Positions 9,895-19,606 of a stretch of DNA of 64,000 nt are shown here, piece by piece. The stretch comes from Candidatus Latescibacterota bacterium (GTDB lineage Bacteria > Latescibacterota > UBA2968 > UBA8231), in assembly GCA_965200315.1 (NCBI GenBank), contig OZ241362.1:1824001-1888000 (forward strand), in the 5' to 3' direction. Position numbers and translations under genes: made by a program. The notes below the pieces were generated by a model. It worked only from the letters and a program-made list of their open reading frames with translations, was not told the origin of the DNA and made no database searches. Position 1 is the stretch's first letter. Every line of letters starts with the position of its first letter.

Positions 9895-12078
9895 ATGCAG
9901 ACAACGCTTGAGCCGCAGACTATAGAGGCCCTTGTACGCGCTGAGTACCCCGATGTGTTCTCGACCTTGGGCATGCACCCGTTAGACGACGGATGGGTCG
10001 TGCGCATATTCTTGCCCGCGGCAGCGAGTGTGGGGGTCGTGGAGCGCGGGGGGCAAAACGCGAGTTTTCCGGCGACCAAAATTCATGCCTCTGGGCTGTT
10101 CGAGGCGCGGATCACGGGCCGCAGTTCGCCCTTTGCCTATCATCTAGAGATAACAGACGCACACGGCGCGGTGCGCTGCTGCCGCGACCCGTACTCATTC
10201 TGGCCGCAGTGTGCGCCCCAAGACCAATACCTCTTCAACGAAGGAACGCTCTACCGAGCCTACGAGATGCTGGGGGCCCATCCGCGCTGCATCGACGGGG
10301 CGGATGGCACGTATTTCGCGGTGTGGGCACCGAGTGCTCGCCGGGTCAGCGTAGTCGGCGACTTCAACGGCTGGGACGGTCGGCGGCACGGCATGCGCTC
10401 GCTGGGCACATCCGGTGTCTGGGAATTGTTCGTCCCCGAAGTGGGCGCAGGCGCGCTCTACAAGTACGAAATCCTCAGCCGCGCCGGCGACGTGCTGCTC
10501 AAGAGCGATCCCTTTGCCTTTGCAGCCGAGCGGCCACCCCGCACTGCTTCCGCTGTCTGCCGGAGCGATGCGTTCGCCTGGGGCGACGGCGCGTGGATGG
10601 CCGCACGACAGGAGCACAACTGGCTGGAAGCACCCCTCGCCATCTACGAGGTGCATCTCGGCTCTTGGCGACGCGATGGCCATGCCTATCTCGACTATCG
10701 CACGCTGGCGCACCAATTGGTCGCCCATGTTGCCGAACTAGGCTTTACCCACATCGAGCTAATGCCGGTGGCCGAGCATCCCTTCGATGGCTCGTGGGGC
10801 TATCAAGGAACGGGGTATTTTGCCCCGAGTGCGCGCTTTGGCTCCCCAGAGGACTTTGCCTATTTCATCGACTACTGCCACCGCCACGAGATCGGCGTTC
10901 TCCTCGACTGGGTGCCCGGGCACTTCCCCAACGACGCCTACGGCTTGGCTCAGTTCGACGGCACCAGCCTCTACGAGCACCGCGACCCGCGTCAAGGGTG
11001 GCATCCCGACTGGCAGACCTGCATATTCAACTACGGCCGCGCCGAAGTCCGCTCCTTTCTCATTTCCAACGCCCTGTTTTGGCTCGAACGCTTTCACCTC
11101 GACGGGCTGCGAGTCGATGCAGTAGCCTCCATGCTCTACCTCGACTATTCGCGCTCGGAAGGGGAATGGGTGCCCAACGCCTATGGCGGGCGCGAAAACC
11201 TCGAAGCCATCGGCTTCCTCAAACAGCTCAACACGGCCATCGGCGAGCACTGCCCTGGCACCTTGATGATCGCCGAGGAATCGACTGCTTGGCCGGAGGT
11301 TTCTCGGCCGACCGACGCCGGTGGGCTCGGCTTCGGCTTCAAGTGGAACATGGGCTGGATGAACGACGTGCTGCGCTACATGCAGCGCGATCCCATCCAC
11401 CGCCGCCACCACCAAGCCGACCTGAGCTTTGGCCTGCTCTACGCCTATAGCGAAAACTTCGTGTTGCCGCTGTCGCACGACGAGGTTGTCCACGGCAAGC
11501 GCTCGCTCTTGAGCAAGATGCCCGGCGACGCTTGGCAGCAACGGGCCAACTTGCGCTTGCTCTACGGCTTTATGTACGGGCACCCAGGCAAGAAGCTGCT
11601 CTTTATGGGGGCCGAGCTGGCGCAGTGGGAAGAGTGGAACCACCAAGGCGAGCTGCCTTGGCACCTGCTCGACGACGAGAGCCACCGCGGCGTCTATCGC
11701 TGGCTCTGCGATCTCAATCGGCTCTATCGCCGCTGCACAGCCCTACACCGCACCGATGCAGATCCCGATGGTTTTGAGTGGATCGACTGCTCGGATGCTA
11801 CGCAGAGCATCGCGGCTTTTGCGCGCCGCGCCGCGGGAGCAAAACCCCTGATCTTCGTCTGCAATTTTACCCCCGTCCCCCGAGCGGACTACCGCCTCGG
11901 GCTGCCAGCCGCCGGGCCGTACCGCGAGGTGCTCAACAGCGACGCCGAAATCTACGGCGGCAGCGGCGTGGGGCACGGCGGCTGGGTGCAAACCGAGGAA
12001 GTCGCCTGCCACGGCCGGCCGCATTCGGCGCGGTTGTGCCTGCCACCGCTGGGCTTGTTGGTTCTGGAGCCTAGCTAA
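9895..12078 (+). CDS. glgB: 1,4-alpha-glucan branching enzyme
   Basis: FAVWAP, YEVHLGSW, SWGYQ, DGLRVDAVASM, IAEESTAWP, LSHDEVVHGK motifs. Confidence 0.97.
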   Translation: MQTTLEPQTIEALVRAEYPDVFSTLGMHPLDDGWVVRIFLPAAASVGVVERGGQNASFPATKIHASGLFEARITGRSSPFAYHLEITDAHGAVRCCRDPYSFWPQCAPQDQYLFNEGTLYRAYEMLGAHPRCIDGADGTYFAVWAPSARRVSVVGDFNGWDGRRHGMRSLGTSGVWELFVPEVGAGALYKYEILSRAGDVLLKSDPFAFAAERPPRTASAVCRSDAFAWGDGAWMAARQEHNWLEAPLAIYEVHLGSWRRDGHAYLDYRTLAHQLVAHVAELGFTHIELMPVAEHPFDGSWGYQGTGYFAPSARFGSPEDFAYFIDYCHRHEIGVLLDWVPGHFPNDAYGLAQFDGTSLYEHRDPRQGWHPDWQTCIFNYGRAEVRSFLISNALFWLERFHLDGLRVDAVASMLYLDYSRSEGEWVPNAYGGRENLEAIGFLKQLNTAIGEHCPGTLMIAEESTAWPEVSRPTDAGGLGFGFKWNMGWMNDVLRYMQRDPIHRRHHQADLSFGLLYAYSENFVLPLSHDEVVHGKRSLLSKMPGDAWQQRANLRLLYGFMYGHPGKKLLFMGAELAQWEEWNHQGELPWHLLDDESHRGVYRWLCDLNRLYRRCTALHRTDADPDGFEWIDCSDATQSIAAFARRAAGAKPLIFVCNFTPVPRADYRLGLPAAGPYREVLNSDAEIYGGSGVGHGGWVQTEEVACHGRPHSARLCLPPLGLLVLEPS

Positions 12079-12084
12079 TTTGCC

Positions 12085-12930
12085 ATGCTTGAGATACTTT
12101 CGCACGTCACCAGCGAACTCCGGCGGCTCGGCCAACAGCGGCTTGCGCTGATTGGCGGCGGGGTCTTGGCGAGCGCGGTGCTAGTCGCGCTTTTGGCACC
12201 ACTGTTGGCACCATACGATCCACTGGCGCAAAACCTCTATGCGCGCTTGCAGCCGCCATCGGCCAGCCATTGGCTGGGAACGGACGACTTTGGCCGCGAC
12301 ATCTTCAGCCGCATCGTGTACGGCGCCCGCATCTCGCTGCGGATCGGACTGGTCGCCATCGCGCTGGCCGCTTCCGCTGGCACCTTGCTCGGCCTCATAG
12401 CCGGGTATCGCGGCGGGGTTGCCGACATGCTCATCATGCGGCTGATGGACCTGATGCTGGCGTTTCCCAGCATCCTCTTGGCCATTGCCATCGTCGCCGT
12501 CATCGGGCCGGGCATCGACAATGCCATTCTCGCCGTCAGCATCGTGTTGGTGCCGCAATTTGCCCGCCTCATGCGCTCGTCCGTATTGACCGTACGCGAG
12601 GCCACGTACGTCGAGGCCGTACGCGCACTGGGGGCGAGCGAATCGCGGCTGCTTTTCTACAGCATCTTGCCCAACTGCACGGTCCCGCTCATCGTGCAAG
12701 CCACGCTCAGCTTGGGCACGGCCATCCTCGACGCGGCCGGGTTGAGCTTTTTGGGATTGGGGGCCCAGCCGCCGGCCCCCGAGTGGGGAGCCATGCTATC
12801 CGGCGGGCGCGAACTGCTCTTGCAAGCACCCTGGGTCATGGCCTTTCCCGGGCTGGCCATCTTCGGGGTCGTCCTCTCACTAAACCTCTTTGGCGATGGG
12901 CTTAGAGACGCCTTGGATCCAAAAATTTAG
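12085..12930 (+). CDS. dppC: Dipeptide/oligopeptide ABC transporter permease (DppC/OppC type)
   Basis: [27 protein letters not shown]-like loop, [30 protein letters not shown] motifs. Confidence 0.9.
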   Translation: MLEILSHVTSELRRLGQQRLALIGGGVLASAVLVALLAPLLAPYDPLAQNLYARLQPPSASHWLGTDDFGRDIFSRIVYGARISLRIGLVAIALAASAGTLLGLIAGYRGGVADMLIMRLMDLMLAFPSILLAIAIVAVIGPGIDNAILAVSIVLVPQFARLMRSSVLTVREATYVEAVRALGASESRLLFYSILPNCTVPLIVQATLSLGTAILDAAGLSFLGLGAQPPAPEWGAMLSGGRELLLQAPWVMAFPGLAIFGVVLSLNLFGDGLRDALDPKI

Positions 12931-12941
12931 AACGAGAAAAT

Positions 12942-13244
12942 ATGAACCCAATCCCGACCCAGCCCATCGCCCCGGCGCGCATTGAATATCCAAAGGTGCA
13001 AAACTTCCGCGCCCTGCGGAGCGTCGAGTTCAAAAACTTGACGCCGCTGACGGTGCTGCTTGGTCCCAACGGCAGCGGCAAATCCACGGTATTTGACGTG
13101 TTCGCCTTTCTGGCAGAATGCTTGGAGGTGGGGCTGCGCAAGCTAGAAGTAGTGCGCACGATTGCCGCTCACATTAACCCGGACTGCAATCGCTCCCCCA
13201 GCTTTGTGAAATTCCGCGACGCTCTCGTCGAGGCGACGGCATAA
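12942..13244 (+). pseudogene. Deletion fusion of an AAA-family ATPase N-terminus and a DUF4276-like C-terminus
   Basis: [25 protein letters not shown] (Walker A) joined in frame at GLRK to ..[22 protein letters not shown]; only 100 aa. Confidence 0.7.
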
Positions 13245-13336
13245 TGTTTTGCCAAGATGGTCCAAATCGCCGGCCGAATGTCCCGCGCCGCCTGTCGTCC
13301 ATTGGGGATGACAATTGCTGCGATAAGAGGCTACGC

Positions 13337-15229
13337 ATGAACGACATCTCACGCATCTTGTTTCTGCTCTGCGCCCTCGCGCTGTCAGCGGGCGGCTGCG
13401 CGACTCTGCGGGGCTCTTATGAGCCTACATACGCAGGGCCGACGAGTTCCGACCAAGCCATGCAATACTTCATCAAGGCCAAGGTCTTTGAAGCCCAGCA
13501 CAACTACCTCGGCGCGATAGTCGCCCTGCGCAACGCGGCCGATCTCGACCCGACCTCGCCCACTATCTACGCCCGCCTCGCTTACAACTACCAGCGCATT
13601 GACGACGCCGAGGTGGCCGTCCATTTTGCCCTCAAAGGCTTGGCATTGGACGGCAGCCAAGTGCGGTTGCGCCGTCTGCTGATTCGCATCTTGGAGAGCG
13701 AAGGCGACCGCGAGGGTGCCATCGACCACATTGAAGAGTTGCTGCGCTACGAGCCAGACAATTGGCCGCTCTACCGCCACTTGGCCTATCTCTACTTTGA
13801 AACGGGCCAAACCAAGCGCATCGCTCCGCTCTTCAAGGAGGTGCTCGCCCAAGAGCACGTACCACCGGAGGTCAAGGTAGATATAGCCGTCATTTTTTCG
13901 CGCATTAACCAGCAAGAAGAGGCCGAGCGCATCTATCGCCGAGTCCTCGCAGCCGACCCTATGGTCGAGGACGCTTGGCTGGGTCTGGCCGAGCTCAAGC
14001 TGGCGCAGGGATACCGCCACGAGGCCATTGCCATCTACCGAGAAGCCGCAGCCCACCTGCCCGACAGCAGCGTCCTTGACCACTTGGCGCGGCTGATGGT
14101 CACCGAGCGCGACCTAGAGGACATTCTCGCCGAAGAGAGTGCCGAGGTGCTCTACCACTTGGGGGTAGCCCTGTCCGAGGCCGGCCAGTACGACCAAGCG
14201 ACGTTGGTCTTTAAGCGCATCATCGAGATGCAGCCCCAAACGGTCGAGCAATGGACCGACCTAGCGCGCTACTACATCTACTTGGAGGACTACGACTCGG
14301 CCACTGCGGTCCTCAGCCAAGCGGCAGAGGCCATGCCCGACAGCAGCCATATCTACCTGTACTGGGGGACGGCCCTCGAGAAAACCGAGCGCTATGACGA
14401 GGCCATCGCCGTGTACCAGCGCGGTCTCCAGCACCTGCCCGACGCCGTTGAGCTATATCTGTACTGGGGACTCGCTCTAGAGCAACAAGACGCTTGGGCA
14501 GAGGCCATTGATGTCTATCGCCAAGCCCTTGCAGCATCCCCGGGCCACGCCGCCCTGCACGTGCGGTGGGGCATCAGCCTCGGGCGGCAAGAGCAGTGGG
14601 AAGACTCGCTGGCCCAATACGAAACAGCGGCCTCGCTCGACTCCGCCTATAGCCCAACCTTTCTGCACTGGGGCATCGCGCTAGAGGAACTAGAGCACTG
14701 GGAAGCAGCCCTTGAGAAGCTGAATGAGGCCGTTGTGGTCGCCAACAACAAGAGCCGCGTACTCTTTTACCTCGGCTCCTGCTATGAGCAGGCTTCGCGC
14801 AAACTCGACCGCGACGAGTACTTCGACCGCGCCGTAGAGACCTTCCAACGCCTGTTGGAGATCGAGCCAAACGACGCGTACGCGCTCAACTACCTCGGCT
14901 ACATGTACGCGGACAAGGGCGTGCGCCTGACAGAAGCAGTCGCGCTCTTGGAGAAGGCGATCGCGCTCCAGCCGGACAACAGCGCGTTCCTCGACAGCAT
15001 CGGCTGGGCCTATTTCCGCCTCGGCGAGCTAGCGCAGGCCGAACACTATCTGCAACAAGCCTTAGACCATATCGACGAGGGCGATCCCGAGGAGCAGGCC
15101 GTGATCTTTGACCACGCCGGCGACATTGCCAACGCCCTCGATAAAATGGACGAGGCGCGTGTGCATTGGCTGAAGGTGCTGGAACTCGCGCCGGACAACG
15201 AAGAGGTCCAGCGCAAGTTGCTGCCATGA
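13337..15229 (+). CDS. TPR-repeat lipoprotein
   Basis: Lipobox-like LSAGGC, many TPRs, C-terminal ALNYLGY.YAD...AFLDSIGWAYF motif. Confidence 0.88.
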   Translation: MNDISRILFLLCALALSAGGCATLRGSYEPTYAGPTSSDQAMQYFIKAKVFEAQHNYLGAIVALRNAADLDPTSPTIYARLAYNYQRIDDAEVAVHFALKGLALDGSQVRLRRLLIRILESEGDREGAIDHIEELLRYEPDNWPLYRHLAYLYFETGQTKRIAPLFKEVLAQEHVPPEVKVDIAVIFSRINQQEEAERIYRRVLAADPMVEDAWLGLAELKLAQGYRHEAIAIYREAAAHLPDSSVLDHLARLMVTERDLEDILAEESAEVLYHLGVALSEAGQYDQATLVFKRIIEMQPQTVEQWTDLARYYIYLEDYDSATAVLSQAAEAMPDSSHIYLYWGTALEKTERYDEAIAVYQRGLQHLPDAVELYLYWGLALEQQDAWAEAIDVYRQALAASPGHAALHVRWGISLGRQEQWEDSLAQYETAASLDSAYSPTFLHWGIALEELEHWEAALEKLNEAVVVANNKSRVLFYLGSCYEQASRKLDRDEYFDRAVETFQRLLEIEPNDAYALNYLGYMYADKGVRLTEAVALLEKAIALQPDNSAFLDSIGWAYFRLGELAQAEHYLQQALDHIDEGDPEEQAVIFDHAGDIANALDKMDEARVHWLKVLELAPDNEEVQRKLLP

Positions 15230-15987
15230 TGAATACCTCGCGCTCGGGGCACCCCCGAAATTTTCAGACAGCTTACAAATGGCTTGCGCTCTGCTCCCTA
15301 ACGCTAGCTTGCGCACCGCCGCTGGTGGTGCGGGAAGGTTGGGATGCGACCCAAGGGCCGGCTGCCTTGCTCGCTGCCTCGGCGTCCCTAGCCCAGTTTG
15401 CGGATCTAACGGCGGAAGCAGCCATTGAACTGCGACGCGGCGAGGTGCGCGGTCAGGGGACAGCCCTCGTGCAGCTAGTCAATCCCGATCTCTTCCGCGT
15501 CGAAGTGCGCGGCCCCTTTTTCACGCACATTTTTACGGCTCTGCTCGAAGGCGACAGCCTGACCGTGCATGGCCGGGGCATGGATCGGCCCGTAAAAGGA
15601 ACGGTGAGCGGCCGGCTGCTAACCACGTTGACCGGGCTGGATTTCGGCGCGTACGACTTGCGCTACGCCTTGCTCGGCCTCGTCGAGCCAAGTTCCATCA
15701 TCGAGCCGGTCGAATATCCGCAGGCCGGCCAAGCAGTCGTCGCGTTCGCAGGCGGGCGGCGGGCATGGCTGGACCTGCGCCGCGGCTTGGTGTTGCGCGA
15801 GAGCATCCCGCTGCCCGAGGGCGATGTCCTGTTCCGCGAGCTAAAAGAATACCGGCAGGAGCAAGCGCTCTATCTGCCGCGCCGAGTGGAAATTCGTCAG
15901 CGCGATGTCCTGCTGGCCTTGTCCTATAAAAGCTACGCTTTCAACCGCGGCTTGGATGCCGAACAGTTGCGACGGGGTACGCCTTAA
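15226..15987 (+). CDS. DUF4292 / LolB-like lipoprotein
   Basis: ATGA overlap with the TPR gene, lipobox-like LTLAC, FRVEVRGPF and LPRRVEI strands; typical neighbour of this TPR family. Confidence 0.6.
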   Translation: MMNTSRSGHPRNFQTAYKWLALCSLTLACAPPLVVREGWDATQGPAALLAASASLAQFADLTAEAAIELRRGEVRGQGTALVQLVNPDLFRVEVRGPFFTHIFTALLEGDSLTVHGRGMDRPVKGTVSGRLLTTLTGLDFGAYDLRYALLGLVEPSSIIEPVEYPQAGQAVVAFAGGRRAWLDLRRGLVLRESIPLPEGDVLFRELKEYRQEQALYLPRRVEIRQRDVLLALSYKSYAFNRGLDAEQLRRGTP

Positions 15988-16014
15988 GTGCCATAAGACG
16001 CAGCACCTTTCCTA

Positions 16015-16121
16015 AGTTGGCCAAGACGACCGGAGGTAGCGCTGTGGCGACGGGTATTTATTTCTATCGGTTCGCTGCTGGCCCCTTCCATCGAGTGCGG
16101 CCGATGGTGCTACTCAAATAG
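16015..16121 (+). pseudogene. Orphan C-terminal tail of a FlgD-Ig / T9SS-type sorting-domain protein
   Basis: Frame ending at TAG 16119-16121 reads GSAVATGIYFYRFAAGPFHRVRPMVLLK*, matching the VASGIYFYRL...RKMVLLK tail; no start or body upstream. Confidence 0.65.
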
Positions 16122-16203
16122 CACTGAATCGTTTGACAGTTTTAGGCCCCCATGCGTACTTATGAAGAAGGCACTTCAATAATACATCTTGGGGAGGACT
16201 TCC

Positions 16204-17340
16204 ATGAGCAAACTCAAAGTAGGCATGATCGGCGGCGGCGGTCCCGACTCTTTTTTCGGCATGGTCCACAACCGCGCCATCGCACTCGACGCCAGCCGCG
16301 AATTGGTCGCCGGCGCACTGCGCTCCAGCCCAGAGGCGGCACTGCGCGCGGCCGACGACTACGGCATTGAGGGTTATCCTACCTATCAGGCACTGTTAGA
16401 AGCGGTGCAAAGCGGCGAGCAAGCCCTTGATTACGCCACCATCGTCACCCCTAACTTCGCCCACTACGAGCCGGCCAAAGCCTTTTTGCAGGCCGGCATC
16501 CCCGTGCTCTGCGAAAAGCCCATCACCATGACAGTGGCCGAAGCCGAAGACTTGGCCCAGATCGTCGAGCGCGAGCAGGTGCCCTTTGTGCTGGCCCACA
16601 CCTACACGGGTCATCCCATGATGATGCTGGCCAAAGAAATGATCCACAGCGGCGAGATCGGCCAAGTCCGCAAGGTAGTTTCTTGGTACAATCAGGGCTG
16701 GCTGGCCACGGCCCTCGAACAGACCGGCCAGCAGCAGGCGTCCTGGCGCACCGATCCCGCGCGCACGGGCATCTCCAATTGCGGCGGCGACATTGGCACG
16801 CACGCTTTTATCGCCGCGACTTGGGTGACCGGGCTGGCCATCGAGCGGGTCTCGGCGCGGCTCAACACCTTTGTCGAAGGCCGCGTGCTCGACGATGACT
16901 TCAACGTGATCGGCGAGCTGGAAAACGGTGGCACTGCGCTGATCACGGCCACGCAGATCGCAGTTGGCTACCGCAACGACAACGGCTTCCGAGTCTTCGG
17001 CACCACAGGCTCTATCGAATGGCATCAGGAGCGGGCCGAATGCCTGCTAGTGCGCCACGGCGATGGCCGCGACATTACCTACTGGATCGGCGCTGAATTC
17101 GACTTGCCCGCGTCGGTCGCCTCGTACTTGCGGGTGCCCTCGGGACACCACGAGGACTTCTTCCCAGCCTTGGCCAATCTCCACACCACCATTGAGCGCC
17201 TCATCCGCACGCGCCGCGGCGAACAGGACGTGCCTGCGGCCTTTCCGCATCCGAGCGCGCAGGAGGGCGTAGCAGGCATGAAATTCGTCGCGGCCGCAGT
17301 AAAATCGTCCAACAACAGCGGTGCGTGGGCGCCGGTTTAG
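16204..17340 (+). CDS. Gfo/Idh/MocA family oxidoreductase
   Basis: VGMIGGG, IVTPN..H, VLCEKP, YNQGWL, WRTDP, GDIGTHA motifs; RBS GGAGGA. Confidence 0.92.
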   Translation: MSKLKVGMIGGGGPDSFFGMVHNRAIALDASRELVAGALRSSPEAALRAADDYGIEGYPTYQALLEAVQSGEQALDYATIVTPNFAHYEPAKAFLQAGIPVLCEKPITMTVAEAEDLAQIVEREQVPFVLAHTYTGHPMMMLAKEMIHSGEIGQVRKVVSWYNQGWLATALEQTGQQQASWRTDPARTGISNCGGDIGTHAFIAATWVTGLAIERVSARLNTFVEGRVLDDDFNVIGELENGGTALITATQIAVGYRNDNGFRVFGTTGSIEWHQERAECLLVRHGDGRDITYWIGAEFDLPASVASYLRVPSGHHEDFFPALANLHTTIERLIRTRRGEQDVPAAFPHPSAQEGVAGMKFVAAAVKSSNNSGAWAPV

Positions 17341-17378
17341 CGCGGCACATCCACATTGCTACTTGAAATTATGTAAGC

Positions 17379-17399
17379 TCTATGTGATTTTTACATAGA
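17379..17399. promoter_or_regulatory. Putative operator palindrome upstream of the spondin gene
   Basis: TCTATGTGA-TTT-TTACATAGA, a 9-3-9 inverted repeat with one mismatch, in AT-rich intergenic DNA. Confidence 0.4.
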
Positions 17400-17435
17400 T
17401 AGAGTTCCACAAAACCTTTCCGAGGAGAATCTTCC

Positions 17436-19517
17436 ATGAAACTGCTTTACGTAGCCTGCATTGGGGCCGTCTTGTTCGCCTCCTGTGCAGACCGAGATCC
17501 CCTATCCTCCACCGCAGACTCATTTGGCTCAGCAGGTAAGGCGGCGATCTCTTCCGACCCGACCCCTGGCCTGCCTGAGCCGCGTGTGGCCGCGCAATTC
17601 ACCGTGCGCATCGAAAACCTCGGCACCCTTCTCGCGCCCGGCGCGTGGGTCGCCCAGCGCGGCGGAATGCCCCTGTTCACCGATGGCCAGCCAGATCGCG
17701 GCACTGGCCTCGAAGCACTCGCCGAAGACGGCAATCCCGCCGAGCTAGCCGCGAACCTCCACCCAAACAGCGGCGTCTTTGCCACGCCGGAGGGCGCCGA
17801 CGGCCCCGGCCCGCTAACGCCGGGCAGCGCCTATGAGTTCAGCTTTGTCGCTCGGCCGGGCGACCGGCTGTCTTTCGCCACCATGTACGTGCAATCCAAC
17901 GACCTGTTCTTGGCACCCGATGACACCGGCATTGCCCTGTTCGCCGACGATGGCCAGCCCGTAAGCGGCGACATCACCGATCAGATTGGGCTGTGGGATG
18001 CCGGTACAGAAGTCAACGAGGAGCCGGGCGCGGGCGCGAACCAAGCACCGCGTCAGGCCGCTGCCAACACCGGCGCGGACGAAGGCGGCACGGTGCGCTT
18101 AGTAGATGATGGATTCATCTATCCGGTCGTGGCCGATATCGTGCGCGTCACTGTCGTCTCTAGAGTCGGTTTATACATCAGCGTTATGGACGAGGGCGAT
18201 ATGGATGGCGACGCGAGAGACGGCCAAACCGGGCTCGATACTGCGGTAACGCCCGATGTCCTATTCTTGACCAATGCGCTGATAAGCTATCTTCAGAATG
18301 CCCTGTTGATCGCGCTGACCTCGGATGAGGTGACGATTGACGGAGCCAGCGGTGGCACATTGGCCATCGCGGGCAACGAGTGGGTGCTAACGGATTATTC
18401 GGCCGACGGGCTGCTGGTGCTCAACGGCACCATGAACGTGGGCGAAGATCAGTTCCCGCACATTCCCATAACGGGCGAGATAGCCGCTTCCGGTGCGTCT
18501 GATGCTACGGTATTGCTAGACCTTGTAGTCGATTTGTCTGGCGATGAGCCATCCTTGAGCGGTACTGTTACCGTTGGGGTACCTTACGACATCGGTGCTA
18601 TCATCGCGGCCGCTGAGGGCGGCGACATGGACGGCGATACCGACGGCGATACCGACGGCGATACCGACGGCGACATGGACGGCGATACCGCCGGCGATAC
18701 CGCCGGCGATACCGACGGCGACATGGACGGCGATACCGACGGCGATACCGACGGCGACATGGACGGCGATGCCGACGGCGATACCGACGGCGACATGGAC
18801 GGCGACATGGACGGCGACATGGACGGCGACATGGACGGCGATGCCGACGGAGATGACATCCCTAAGGGGCCCATCACTTCCGCACGGACCCTCTCTTCCG
18901 ACCCGGCTGCTGGTTTGCCTGAAGTGCGCACTCCAGCACAATTCACCGTGCGAATCGAAAACATCGGCACCCTCCTCGCGCCCGGCGCTTGGGTCATCCA
19001 GCGCGGCGGAACGCCCCTGTTCATTGACGGCCAGCCCGATCGCGGCGCTGGACTCGAAGCACTCGCCGAAGACGGCAATCCCGCCGAGCTAGCCGCGAAC
19101 CAACCGAGAAACAGCGGCGTGTTTGCCACGCCGGAGGGAGCCGACGGCCCCGGCCCGCTAACGCCGGGCAGTGCCTATGAGTTCAGCTTTGTCGCTCGGC
19201 CGGGCGACCGGCTGTCTTTCGCCACCATGTACGTGCAATCCAACGACCTGTTCTTGGCACCCGGCGACACCGGCGTTGCCCTATTCGCCGACGATCGCCA
19301 GCCCGTAAGCGGCGACATCACCGATCAGATTGGGCTGTGGGATGCCGGTACAGAAGTCAACGAGGAGCCGGGCGTGGGCGCGAACCAAGCGCCGCGTCAG
19401 GCCGCTGCCAACACCGGCGCGGACGAAGGCGGCACGGTGCGCTTAGTAGATGATGGATTCACCTATCCGGCCGTGGCCGATATGGTGCGCATCACCATCT
19501 CCTCCTCTGGTGGCTGA
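17436..19517 (+). CDS. Lipoprotein with two Spondin_N domains and an Asp-rich tetrapeptide repeat
   Basis: Lipobox LFASC. Two copies of GLEALAEDG, LSFATMYVQSNDLF and LWDAGTEVNE; RBS GAGGAG. Confidence 0.88.
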   Translation: MKLLYVACIGAVLFASCADRDPLSSTADSFGSAGKAAISSDPTPGLPEPRVAAQFTVRIENLGTLLAPGAWVAQRGGMPLFTDGQPDRGTGLEALAEDGNPAELAANLHPNSGVFATPEGADGPGPLTPGSAYEFSFVARPGDRLSFATMYVQSNDLFLAPDDTGIALFADDGQPVSGDITDQIGLWDAGTEVNEEPGAGANQAPRQAAANTGADEGGTVRLVDDGFIYPVVADIVRVTVVSRVGLYISVMDEGDMDGDARDGQTGLDTAVTPDVLFLTNALISYLQNALLIALTSDEVTIDGASGGTLAIAGNEWVLTDYSADGLLVLNGTMNVGEDQFPHIPITGEIAASGASDATVLLDLVVDLSGDEPSLSGTVTVGVPYDIGAIIAAAEGGDMDGDTDGDTDGDTDGDMDGDTAGDTAGDTDGDMDGDTDGDTDGDMDGDADGDTDGDMDGDMDGDMDGDMDGDADGDDIPKGPITSARTLSSDPAAGLPEVRTPAQFTVRIENIGTLLAPGAWVIQRGGTPLFIDGQPDRGAGLEALAEDGNPAELAANQPRNSGVFATPEGADGPGPLTPGSAYEFSFVARPGDRLSFATMYVQSNDLFLAPGDTGVALFADDRQPVSGDITDQIGLWDAGTEVNEEPGVGANQAPRQAAANTGADEGGTVRLVDDGFTYPAVADMVRITISSSGG
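17548..19496 (+). repeat. About 605-bp intragenic direct duplication (17548-18152 and 18892-19496)
   Basis: Both copies start tctcttccgacccg at offset 1344 and share long identical runs, including synonymous sites. Confidence 0.95.
18621..18857 (+). repeat. 12-bp coding tandem repeat, 19 units plus a partial, encoding (GD[M/T/A][D/A])n
   Basis: Units ggcgacatggac / ggcgataccgac / ggcgatgccgac / ggcgataccgcc. Confidence 0.97.
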
Positions 19518-19553
19518 GAGGACGCAGTACCAGCGACATAGGCACTGTTAAAC

Positions 19554-19600
19554 ACAAAAAGTGGAGGTAACGGCGTTGCTTGTTGCCTCCACTTTTTTGT
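19554..19600. terminator. Bidirectional intrinsic terminator
   Basis: acaaaaagtggaggtaac...gttgcctccacttttttgt hairpin with A/T tails between convergent genes. Confidence 0.75.
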
Positions 19601-19606
19601 CACCCA

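Noticed and set aside
9993-11685. Long alternative ORFs overlapping glgB (485 aa +, 308 aa -)
   Set aside because: Arg/Pro-rich or antisense shadows expected in high-GC coding DNA, with no motifs.
18621-18857. Possible CRISPR array
   Set aside because: Contiguous 12-bp units with no spacers, in frame within a CDS, and no cas genes.
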